Below, in pieces: positions 49,171 to 60,770 of a stretch of 64,000 nucleotides of DNA (positions are counted from its first letter, which is position 1; every line of letters starts with the position of its first letter). The DNA comes from Malacoraja senta (Eukaryota). The stretch is from NCBI GenBank assembly GCA_038087875.1, contig JAXLNO010005687.1:62001-126000 (forward strand), given 5' to 3'. The position numbers and the translations under genes are program-made. The notes below the pieces were generated by a model. It was not told the DNA's origin. It searched no databases and saw only the letters and a list, made by a program, of their open reading frames with translations.

Positions 49171-50314
49171 CGAGTGGGCAAAGCAGAGCCAAATGGAATA
49201 CAGTGTAGCAAGTGTCTGGTTTTACATTTTGGCAGTCGGAATAAAGACATAGACTATTTTCTAAATGGGGAGAGAATTGAGAAACCTGAGCTACAAAGTG
49301 GGAGTACTAGTGCAGGATTCCCAAATAGTTCATTTGCAGATTGAGTCAGTGGTAAGTAAGGCAAATGCAATGCCAGCATTCATTTCGGGGGGCGTAGAAT
49401 ATAAAAACAATGATATAATGCTGAGGATTTATCGGGCACTGGTGAAGACACATTTGGAATATTGTGAGCAGTTTTGGGCTCCATATTAGAAAGGATGTGC
49501 TGGCTTTGGAGAGGGTCGAGAGGATGTATGTCCTGGGGATGATTGATTTAACGTATGAGGAGTGTTTGAAGTCTCTGTGCCTGTGCTCATGGGATTTAGA
49601 AGGATGAGGTGGGAATCTCATTGAAACCTACCAGCAGGGCCGGATTTAGATGAAGAGAGGCCCTAAGCTGTTCCACTTGTGAGGCCCCCCCCCAATCCCC
49701 CACCCCCACGACCAGAGGAAGATGGTCCACCAGATTGACACCGATTTGCAGCCGAGCGTGGCCAATGAGATAAGGGGCTGGAAAGCTGGGCTTTATTTAT
49801 TTATTTATTGCCACTGCTAGTGTCGAGTTATTGGCTTAAAACACTATTATTCTGAAATGGAGGGCAAGGAAAATTACTGAAGTGTTGTTTAGAGACTACA
49901 GTGCGTTGTGACAGCATATGTAAGAAAGGCCTATGACAGTGTCAAAAATATTATACACCTTGCAGGGCTCTCACTTAATTTTTTTTCTCTGTTGTCAGCC
50001 GGGCAACCTTGGTAGCTTTTTAAGTTGCCAAATGACAGTTTAGGTGGTTATTTAAGATGGCTTGCATGACACGTGCGATAATGTGCTCGGACGACCAGTC
50101 AGAATTATGCTCAATGAAGCATTCACATATTATTTCTGCTTCAAATAAAGCCACAAATTAAACATATTCACCAATCAGGACATGATATATACCACAATGA
50201 CATGCAGCACAATTATAATACTGTATCTTAACTCTTTTTACACGTTGCAATGAATGCAATTTCTATTATTTCTTTCCACTTCCAAAAAAAAATGTGGTTG
50301 GATTATTCAGCGTA

Positions 50315-50775
50315 TGATCAACCTCGGTGAGACCAAGTGCAGGCTTGGCGATCGCTTCGCACAACACCTCCACTCAGTTCGCAATAACCAACCTGATCTC
50401 CCGGTGGCTCAGCACTTCAACTCCCCCTCCCATTCCGAATCTGACCTTTCTGTCCTGGGCCTCCTCCATGGCCAGAGTGAGGCCCACCGCATATTGGAGG
50501 GGCAGCACCTCATATTTGCTTGGGTAGTTTACACCCCAGCGCTATGCACATAGGCTTCTCTAATTTCAGGTAGTCCTTGCTTTCTCCCTCCTTCCCCTCC
50601 CATTCCCAGCTCTCCCACAGCCTACTGTCTCCGTCTCTTCCTTTATTTTTCATGTCATTCCCCCCCCCCCCCGACATCAATCTGAAGAAGGGTCTCGACC
50701 CGAAACATCGTCTATTCCTTCGCTCCACAGGTGCTGCCTCACCCGCTGATTTTCTACAGCTTTTTTGTCTACCAA
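50315..50775 (+). mobile_element. Penelope-like element 3' part (GIY-YIG fragment plus terminal repeat with hammerhead-like motif)
   Basis: GETKCRLGDRFAQH...PVAQHFNSPSHS...QHLIF, followed by CTGAAGAAGGGTCTCGACCCGAAAC at 50682. Confidence 0.8.
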
Positions 50776-51354
50776 TGGGATCCCACAACTGGCCACATCT
50801 TCCCATCTCCTCCCCTGTTGGCTTTCCATAGAGACCGCTCCCTCCGTAACTCCCTGGTCAATTCGTCCCTTCCCACTCAAACCACCCCCTCTCCTGGCAC
50901 TTTCCATTGCAACTGCAGGAAATGCTACACTTGGCGTTTTAATTAAGTTCAAGACAATGGGGCTGTACATTGGCCATAAGGTTGCTGCCTAAAAGTGCCA
51001 GAGACCTGGAATTGATCCTGAATATGGGTGTTGTCTGTTTGAAGTTTGCTCCTTTTCACTTTGATCGCATGGGTTTTCTTCGGGTGCTCTTGTTTCCTTC
51101 CACATTCCAAAGATGTGCAGGAACCTATTTCAGAACCAACCCTAAACGTAATATTTCCCTTTTGTCCAGAGATTCTGTCTGACCTGTTGAGTTACTCCAG
51201 CTTTGTGTGTCTATCTTCAGTTTAAACCAGCATCTGCAGTTCCTTCCTACACACACGATACTATACGATAGAACTTTATTAATCCCAGGAGGGAAATTGT
51301 GTGTGTGTGCGTGTGGGTATATATACTATGCACACACACACACACACATATATA

Positions 51355-51925
51355 TATACAATACAATTACAATACAATTTTATTTGTCTTTTGGACAAAT
51401 TTGTCATTTGGACCCCGTTGAGGTCCAAACGAAATGTCGTTTCTGCAGCCATACATTACAAAACTAAGAAGACCCGAGACACAACACAATTTACACATAC
51501 ATCCATCACAGCGCTGTGATGGAAGGCAAAAAAACGTATCTCTCCACTGCACTCCCCCCCCCCACCCCCCCGATGTCAGAGTCAAAGTGAAAGCCCCCGG
51601 CGGGCGATGGTGATTATCCCACGGCCATTAAAGCCATGCCGGTTAATGCAGGGTCGCGCACCGCGTCTTGGTGTTAGAGCCCCGGCGCGCGCTCGCAAAG
51701 TCCGGCGGCCATTCCAAGCCGCGCGGGGCGGTGATGTAAAGCCCCCCTCCAGGTGCTCTTCAACCCCGCAACTCGGGCGGGAGAAGTCGCCGCTGCGGAT
51801 GCCCTGAAAAGCGGTGTCCCACCAGGGGACCCACGGGCTTCCGGTGTTGCCGTCCGCCAGACCCGCGGTTGTAGCCTCCGAATCTCCGGGGGTCGGGTAG
51901 CAGCAGCGATTGTCTCCACCACAGC
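51355..51925 (-). mobile_element. GC-rich non-coding element with a LINE-type AATAAA/(TTGTA)n tail
   Basis: CpG-rich body; the minus-strand tail is gacaaataaaattgtattgtaattgtat. Confidence 0.45.
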
Positions 51926-54295
51926 TATAAATATACACCGTTTTGTTTTCTCGTTTATAACATTGTTTACAGAGTACTATGTTTACATATTCTGTTGTGC
52001 TGCTGCAAGTAAGGATTTCATTGTTCTAACTGGGACGTGAGAGAATAAACTCTTGACTCTTGACTTACTTCGCTAATGTGTGGGAAAGAACTAGTGTACG
52101 GGTGATCAATAGTCGGCGTGGACTCGGAGGGCTGAAGGGCCTGTTTCCACGCTGTATCTTCAAATTAAGCTAAAGACACTAAAACCAGAGGGAGTCTAAA
52201 GAAGTGTTTCTACCCGAAACGTCACCCAATTTCTTCTATCCTGAGTTGCTGGCTGCTCCATGGAGTTCCCCCGCACAATTAAAGCATGGAATAGTCTTCA
52301 CCCTACCATAGTTACCCAACCAGACGCAACTAAATTTAAGGTACCTCTTTTTTCCCCAAGAACCCTTTTTTGCTTAAGTCCAAGTCAAGAATCAAGAGAG
52401 TTTTATTGTCATGTGTCCCAGATAGGACAATGAAATTCTTGCTTGCTGCAGCACAACATAATATGTGAACATAATACAGAACAGGAGATAAAAGTTCAGT
52501 GTGTTTATATACCATAGACCATATATATACACAATAAATAAACAGATAAAATGCAATAGGCTGTTATTGTTCAGCCCTCTACCACCTCCAGTTTAAATTC
52601 CTTTTAGAATATTTATGGAGGATCAGGAAACCAGAAGCGAGAGTTACTCCAGGGAGATACTCCTGATCCAGGGTCAGGGAGTGATTCTGTGTTAGTTTTC
52701 AGCGGTTGCGGTGAGGCAGCAATGGCGGACAAATCTCCCACAATTCAAAGCGAGGGAGAAAGTGCCCAGCGCCGACCAGTTGCCGTGGCAGTGCGCATGC
52801 GCAGGGCGGCCGATGACATGCGGGCTGTGGTTGTGCGCATGTGCAGGGGAGGACGTGCTGGCCGTAGCAGTGTGCATGTGCAAGGCGGCCGGCCGTGCCG
52901 GCGGATGAGGAGCGAGCGGAGAACGGAGACCCGGACACGGAGAGTGACAGACGGAGATAGAGATAGAGAGGGGGGCCGCCCCGCCCAGAGTTGAACGGCT
53001 GGTGTCCTGCCTTGGCCGGAGGCCCCCTATATTTCAGGGCCCCAGGCTTCAGCCTATGAAGCCTAGTGGTAAATCCGGCTCTGCGAGCCCCTCCTAGATC
53101 TCCAGGCCCTAAACTGAAGCTTGTCCATCTTATATGTAAATCCGGCCCTGCCTACCAGATAATGAAATGCCTGGTTAGTTGATGGGAAAGGAAGTTTTCA
53201 GTAATGGGAGAGTCTAGCACAGCCTCACAATAAAAATACCTACCTTCAATATGGAGATGAGGAGGAATCTCTTTAGTCACAGGGTGGTGAATCTGTGGAA
53301 TTCATTGATACAAACAGCTGTGTGGGTCAAGTCATTGCATATTTTTCAAGCAGAGATTGATAGGTTCTTGATGAGTACGGGTGACAAAGGTTACAGGGAG
53401 AAGGCTAGAGAATGGGATTTAGCGGTAAAAAATCGATCTGCTATGACTGAATGGTGGAGTAGACTCAATGGACTTGAAAGGCATAATTCCGCTCCAATAT
53501 CTTATGGTCAAAATTATTCTTATGTCACCCTTAACTCACCCATCCAAATGTAGGAACAGTGGAAGCAAGATAGGCTGATCCTGGACAAGGTCTCTTATCT
53601 TCTTCCTTGGGCATCTAGCTAATTTTCTGATAGTAGTTAGTTACACAAAAGACCAACAGTGGTGCCATATTATCAGGCTGAAGTAGCAGCACCTGTTCTG
53701 TAGCTGACTTATTTGTTCCAGACAAGACCTCTGCAAAGATCTTCACACCAGGGCCAAGCTGACATGGTTAAGATTGCTGGTCAGTACAAATAGACAGTAG
53801 TGTTAATGTCTGTGTGTGCCTATGTGTGTGTGTGTGGGCTCATGTGTGTGAGACAGTGAGGGGGAGAGAGAGAGAAAGAGAGAGCATGTGTATGTGAGAA
53901 AATTAAACTCAGATATCATTGAAATATCAGCAAAGATTAAAACCTTTGAAGTTTTATCAACTATAAATGGGTTCACTTTTATTTGCTATAATAACAATCA
54001 TCAACATAAGAAAATGGCCTTGTTGACCTCTACACTGTAAATAGTCATATATTTCTGACGTACTTGATTCTTTAAATTCTTAATTAAATGCTGCAGATAA
54101 AATCTCAATACCTCAATGCTAATATGAACTTAATGATTTTTCATTGATCATTTTAAGCACATCCATCCTCTGTATAAATACTTAAATCTAAAACGTTATT
54201 ACTTTTTAATTAGATATGAACAGTGCTACTTTAATTTAGATAATAAAATCATTACAATGTTGTTATTGATCACTAAATGTTTAAAATGCACTATA

Positions 54296-56273
54296 CAGTG
54301 GCTTGCAAAAGTTTTCATACCCCTTGAACTTTTCCACATTTTGTCACGTTACAACCACAAACGTAAATGTATTTTATTGGGATTTTATGTGATAGACCAA
54401 CACAAAGTGGTGCATAATTGTGAAGTGGAAGGAAAATGATACATGGTTTTCAAATTTTGTTACAAATAAAAAACTGAAAAGTGTCGCGTGCAAAAGTATT
54501 CAGCCCCCCTGAGTCAATACTTTGTAGAACCACCTTTCGCTGCAATTACAGCTGCAAGTCTTTTGGGGTATATCTCTACCAGCTTTGCACATCTAGAGAC
54601 TGAAATTTTTGCCCATTCTTCTTTGCAAAATAGCTCAAGCTCAGTCAGATTGGATGGAGAGCATCTGTGAACAGCAATTTTCAAGTCTTGCCAGAGATTC
54701 TCAATTGGATTTAGGTCTGGACTTTGACTGGGCCATTCTAACACATGAATACGCTTTGATCTAAACCATTCCATTGTAGCTCTGGCTGTATGTTTAGGGT
54801 CGTTGTCCTGCTGGAAGGTGAACTTCCGCCCCGGTCTCAAGTCTTTTGCAGACTCTAACAGGTTTTCTTCCAAGATTGCCCTGTATTTGGCTCCATCCAT
54901 CTTCCCCCATCAACTCTGACCAGCTTCCCTGTCCCTGCTGAAGAAAAGCATCCCCACAGCATAATGCTGCCACCACCATGTTTCACAGTGGGGATGGTGT
55001 GTTCAGGGTGATGTGCAGTGTTAGGTTTCCGCCACACATAGCATTTTGCATTTAGGCCAAAAACTTCAATTTTGGTCTCATCTGACCAGAGCACCTTCCT
55101 CCACATGTTTGCTGTGTCCCCCACATGGCTTGTGGCAAACTGCAAACGGGACTTCTTATGGGCTTTTATCAACAATGGCTTTCTTCTTGCCACTCTTCCA
55201 TAAAGGCCCGATTTGTGGAGTGCACGACTAATAGTTTTCCTGTGGACAGATTCTCCCACCTGAGCTGTGGATCTCTGCAGCTCCTGCAGAGTTACCATGG
55301 GCCTCTTGGCTGCTTCTCTGATCAATGCTCTCCTTGCCCGGCCTGTCAGTTTAGGTGGACGGCCATGTCTTGGTAGGTTTGCAGTTGTGCCATATTCTTT
55401 CCATGTTCGGATGATGGATTGAACAGTGCTCCGTGAGATGTTCAAAGCTTGGGATATTTATTTATAACCTAACCCTGTTTTAAACTTCTCCACAACTTTA
55501 TCCCTGACCTGTCTGGTGTGTTCCTTTGGCTTCATGATGTTGTTTGTTCACTAATGTTCTCTAACAAACCTCTGAGGCCTTCACAGAACAGCTGTATTTA
55601 TACTGAGATTAGATTAATAATAATAATAATAATAATGGATGGGATTTATATAGCGCCTTTCTAATACTCGGCGCTTTACATCGCATTATTCATTCACTCC
55701 TCAGTCACACTCGGTGGTGGTGAGCTACTTCTGTAGCCACAGCTGCCCTGGGGCAGACTGACGGAAGCGTGGCTGCTAATCTGCGCCTACGGCCCCTCCG
55801 ACCACCACCAATCACTCACACACATTCACACACATTCACACGCAGGCAAAGGTGGGTGAAGTGTCTTGCCCAAGGACACAACGACAGTATGCACTCCAAG
55901 CGGGATTCGAACCGGCTACCTTCCGGTTGCCAGCCGAACACTTAGCCCATTGCGCCATCTGTCGTCCCGAGATTACACACAAGTGGACTCTATTTACTAA
56001 TAAGGTGACTTCTGAAGGCAATTGGTTGCACTGGATTTTATTTAGGGGTATCAGAGTAAAGGGGGCTGAATATTTTCGCACGCGACACTTTTCAGTTTTT
56101 TATTTGTAAAAAAATTTGAAAACCATGTATAATTTTCCTTCCACTTCACAATTATGTGCCACTTTATGTTGGTCTATCACATAAAATCCCAATAAAATAC
56201 ATTTACGCTTGTGGTTGTAACGTGACAAAATGTGGAAAAGTTCAAGGGGTATGAATACTTTTGCAAGCCACTG
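54296..56273 (-). mobile_element. Tc1 (DD34E) transposon, IR/DR type, Passport-like; transposase inactivated
   Basis: ~213-bp TIRs (54296-54508, 56061-56273) with inner and outer direct repeats, and a TA TSD. ATG at 55535, TAA at codon 26 (55458-60), +2 frameshift at ~54903-08. WSDE, QQDND and NPIE motifs give exactly 34 residues between D and E. Confidence 0.95.
55617..55968 (-). mobile_element. tRNA-derived CORE-type SINE with an L2-like tail, nested in the Tc1
   Basis: A box TGGCGCAATGG, B box GGTTCGAATCC, core GTGTCCTTGGGCAAGACACTT and tail aaaggcgctatataaat...(tta)n. AGATTA is duplicated at 55611-16 and 55970-75. Confidence 0.85.
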
Positions 56274-56286
56274 TATATGCCAACAG

Positions 56287-56507
56287 AGAGGGCAGTGAAA
56301 GAAGATATGAAGATTAGGATCGTGACTGGAGCTGTAATTGTTCCTCTTATTCTCCTGGGGATCATCCTTGGAATTGGTTGCTGGAAGAAGAGGAAAAAGA
56401 GAAAACCTTTCAATGAACAGGTACCAGCTGACAACAGCAGAGACCAGGAGAGGACCATGAAGCACAATCAGCTTCCTTTGGGATGCAGAGGAGGTCTACC
56501 GGAATGA
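56287..56507 (+). CDS. MHC class I exon 5 (connecting peptide, transmembrane, cytoplasmic)
   Basis: Acceptor caacag, phase 1. ERAVKEDMKIR-IVTGAVIVPLILLGIILGIGCW-KKRKKRK is a TM helix with a basic stop-transfer. The exon may instead end at the donor CAG|GTACCA (56420). Confidence 0.8.
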
Positions 56508-57240
56508 TGCCTGGATTAGTGGGGTATTAGCCACAGGGAGAAGTTGGACAGACTGGACAGTTGGATTGTTTTCTCTGGAATGTCGGGGATTGAGGGGAGA
56601 CCTGACAGTAATATATCAAACTGGGAGGAGTAGAGATAGGGTAGACCATCAGACTTTTTACCCAGGAAGGAAATATCAAATAAGAGCAGGTATTGCTTTG
56701 CAATGAGTGGCAAAGTTAAAAAAAGATGTGCAGGACAAGTGTTTTACGCCAAGGGTGGTGAGTGACTGGAATGTGCTGCTGGAGGTGGTGGTGGAAGCAG
56801 ATATGATAGTGGCATTTAAGAGACTTTTAGATAGGCACATGTATATGCAGGGAATGGATGGATATGGATTATGTGCAAGCAGATAACAATTGGTCTTGGC
56901 ATCATGTTCGGCACAAACATTGTGGGTCAAAGGGCCTGTTCTTGTGCTGTACTGTTCTATGCTCTTTATTGTATCAATGCTGACTGATGACTTTACATTC
57001 AGCCATTAATTTTTCAAATGCTGTCTTCACTGCAGTTACCCTGTGATTCCAAAGTCATACATTGCGCCACATTTTGGAATAAAAGGTCGCCTATTTGATT
57101 GATTGATACTTTATTATCACATGTGACATGTCACAGTGAAATTCTTTGCTTTGCATAACATACACAAGGTAGACATACACAAGTCACCATGTATAGGGTG
57201 TCGACACGGTTACAAAGTAATCATTACAGTCCCCAATGGT

Positions 57241-57525
57241 CCCTCTTTGTTCTCGGCAGCCCCTCCATGTTGGGTTCACCTGTGTTATCCGCAGCCCCCC
57301 CAACCCCGGGACCCTCTTTGTTCTCGGCAGCCCCTCCATGTTGGGTTCACCTGTGTTATCCGCAGCCCCAGCCCCCCCCCCCCCCCCAACTCCAGGACCC
57401 TCTTTGTTCTCGGCAGCCCCTCCATGTTGGGTTCACCTGTGTTATCCGCGCCCCCTCCCCCCCCAACCCCGGGACCCTCTTTGTTATCTTTGTTCTCGGC
57501 AGTCCTCCCATGTTGGGTCCCTCTT
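57241..57525. repeat. 71-86 bp tandem repeat with a variable C tract (~3.5 copies)
   Basis: ccctctttgttctcggcagcccctccatgttggg units start at 57241, 57312, 57398 and 57475. Confidence 0.9.
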
Positions 57526-60444
57526 TAAAATAGTTACGAAGAAGATTTATTTTCCAGGAGGTGTATGATTTGCCTGAACTTTCTATTCCAGCTGTGAAGA
57601 CAAGGTGAATGAATATTTTCTAGGTTGAGATATAGAGAATTTTAGATCAGAAATGAATCAAAAATTGCAGGAATTATGCAGTAAACTGATCAAAATCAGA
57701 TTGGACATAATGTTATTGAATGATGCAGTCTGTTCAAGGGGGCTTACAGCTGATTACTAATCTTATTTTATATAAAACATAAAAATGTTCATCTCAGGCA
57801 GAGGCCCTTTGGCCCACAATGTCTGTGGTGAACATGATGAGATGCTAAACTGATCCCATCCAACTGCAACATGATCCATATCCCTCTATTTCCTGCAGAT
57901 CAGTTTGTCGATCTAAAAGCCTCTCAAACATCATATACATATTTTGCCAGAGATAGACACAAAAAGTTGGAGAAACTCACCGGGTCAGTCAGCATCTCTG
58001 GATACAAGGCATAGGTGACATTTCGGGATGAGACCCTTGTTCAGACTCCAGAAATGCTGTTTGACCCGCTGAGTCACTCCAGCTTTTTGAGCCTATCTTC
58101 GGGTTAAACCTGCATCTGCAGTTCGTTCCTAGTTATTTTGCCACTTCTCTTTGTCACATACTGTAACCTGCATTCCTTGTTCACATACCTGATGGTGTAG
58201 TGGAGAAGTAATTGCCTTTGCATTTAATGCTTCACTCAGTGCTTCAAGTATTTGATGGGCCAGTCAACAAGGATCTTTGTTTTCAATACGAACCACGCTC
58301 TACACCACAGCTTAGATAATATTGCTTAGTTTAGTTGAGTGATACAGCATGGATGCAGAGCCTTCAGCTCATCGAGTTGATACCAACCATCCAACACACC
58401 AGTTCTATGTTATCCCTCTTTCACATCCTCTTTCGATACACTAGGGCAATTTTACAAAGGCCAACTCACCTACAAACCTGTACATCACTGAGATGTGCGA
58501 GGAAACCGGAGCACCGGGAGAAATCCCACGTGGTCACAGGGAGAACATGCAAACTCCACATAGACAACATCCCAGTACCATGTCATGTGAATATTTATGG
58601 AACATGGTAACGTATGGGGGCTGTGTTTTGTTGACCTGACAGATCACTGGTAACAATACTCATTATCAAAGCTGTGGTGTAATAGCTCTGGAAGTGTTTT
58701 ATGTGCAACAGACTGAGAATTTCATTGTTCATCCACCAGTGTCATTTCTGAATTATGAGCATTTAATAAAATACTTTTGAACAAGTTTTACCAAGACGTT
58801 AGCATGCTACACTGACCTATATACTTGTTTTGTCATTGTTAATACTACAGACAGCTATTTACTCAATCATAAGTTCATAAGATCATAAGTGATAGGAACA
58901 GAATTAGGCCATTCGTCCCATCAATCATGGCTGATCTATCCTATCCTCCAAACCACATTTTCCTACCTTCTCCCCATAACCCCCGACACCCGTTCTATTC
59001 AAGAATCTATCTATCTCTGCCATAAAAAAATATCCATTGACGGCCTCCACAGCCTTCTGTGGCAGAATTCCACAGATTCACCACCCTCTGAATAAAGAAA
59101 TTCCTCCTCATCTCCTTCCTAAAGGAGTGTACTTTAATTGTGAGGCTTTGCCCTCTGGTGAGATGCTGACACTAGTGGAAACATCCTCTCAACATCCACT
59201 CTATCCAGGCCTTTCACTATCAGGTAAGTTTCAATGAGGTTTCCCTCATCCTTCTAAACTCCAGCGAGTAGAGGCCTAGTGCCGTCAAATGCTCATTTGA
59301 ACAGAATAACAACAACTTTACTCTTCATATAACCAATTGTCAAAACTCACACCTCCACATTCAGGGACAGTCTCTTCCCAATTGTTATCAGGTAACTGAA
59401 ACCATCCTACCAACAACCAGGGTGCAGTCTTGAACTACTGTCTCCTGCATTGGAGATCCTTGGACAATCTTTGATCGGACTTTACTGCCTTTATCTTGCA
59501 CCAAACGTTATTGACGTTATTCCCTTTATCATATATCTGTACACTATGGATGGCTCGATTGTAATCATGTATTGTCTTTCCACTGACTGGTTAGCACATT
59601 TAGTTTAGTTTAGTTTAGAGATACAGGGTGGAAACAGGGTCCGCACCAATTCCCGCACACTAACACTATCCTACACACACTTGGAACAGGTTTACATTTA
59701 TACCAACCCAATTAACCTACATACCCATAGTCAAGATCAAACCCGGCTGTGTGGCACATAAGGCAGCAACTCCAGTGTTGCATCACCATGTTGCCCTTAT
59801 TGTTGTAGGATGTGCAGGGAATGGAGGTATATTATGTGCCGGCAGATAGGAGTTGGTCTTGGCATCATGTTCAACACAGACATTGTGGGCCAAAGGGCCT
59901 GTTCCTGTGTTGTACTGATCTATTGTGGTGATTGTGAAAACACATAATAATTACTTGATTGCTGATATCTTAAGTGTATTTACTAGGTACATTAAATATT
60001 CAGACAAAACTAAATTCCATTCCCGAGTCATCTAATTCCCACACCCTAGTCAGCATGAAACATCAACTTTGTTGATGTACTGATATTTATTTTCTGTTAA
60101 TATTTAACTGTGAGTTTAATGTTACACCAAATGATAATTGGCTTGTTTCCATCAGTGTTTGCAATCTGGATGACCCTGAATTTATTGCTTAGGTGTGAGA
60201 TTCATCGCAAGGACTGAGATGAGGCAGAAACCTGACTGTTACAGACTTTTTGGAGGGGTTTGCAAGATTTTGACCCAACACCTCTGAAGGCAAGACAATA
60301 TATTTACAAGCAGCCTCAACCGCACCTCAGACAGTGCCATCCAGGCACTCGTCACTGTCTGTGAAAAAACATGCCCTGCACATTTCCTTTAAACATTCAT
60401 CTTAAAGCTATGCCCTCTTGTATTTAATGTTTCCATCCATGTTG

Positions 60445-60770
60445 AGTTTAGTTTATTTTAGTTTAGAGATACAGCGTGGAAACAGGCCCTTCGGCCCACC
60501 GAGTCCGCACCGACTAGTGATCCCTGGGCATTAGCACTATCCTACACACACTCGGGACGATTTACACATACACCAAGCCAATTAATCTACATACCTGTAC
60601 ATCTTTGGAGTGTGGGAGGAAACTGAAGATCTCGGAGAAAACCCATGCTGTCATGGAGAGAACGTACAAACTCCACACGTACAGCACCCGTGGTCGGGAT
60701 CGAACCTGGGTCTCCCACGCTGCAAGCGCTGTAAAGCAGCAACTCTACCGCTGCGCCACAGTGACTGCCC
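60445..60770 (-). mobile_element. HE1-type V-SINE
   Basis: Full reverse-oriented copy. Confidence 0.85.

Larger units (their letters stand above)
49635..53150. mobile_element. Non-autonomous hAT element (3.5 kb, filled with nested repeats) in MHC intron 4
   Basis: 14-bp TIRs (cagggccggattta) and a perfect 8-bp TSD CCTACCAG (49627-34, 53151-58). It is inserted in a CR1 fragment. Confidence 0.88.
40694..56507 (+). pseudogene. Nonclassical MHC class I heavy-chain gene with a premature stop in alpha3 (null allele or pseudogene)
   Basis: Five exons with GT-AG introns, all phase 1, splice into leader-alpha1-alpha2-alpha3-TM-cytoplasmic. In-frame TAG at 48245-47. The 3' end is uncertain, and the lineage name cannot be assigned by eye. 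Confidence 0.9.

Noticed and set aside
40694-56507. Assigning a gene symbol (UBA/UCA/UDA/UEA/UFA, CD1, MR1 or W-category)
   Set aside because: The three-domain architecture excludes class II-like W-category chains, but the lineage cannot be determined without a phylogeny.
60193-60198. Acceptor followed by GTG TGA, reminiscent of a class I terminal V-stop exon
   Set aside because: Only six coding bases, too short to distinguish from chance without cDNA.
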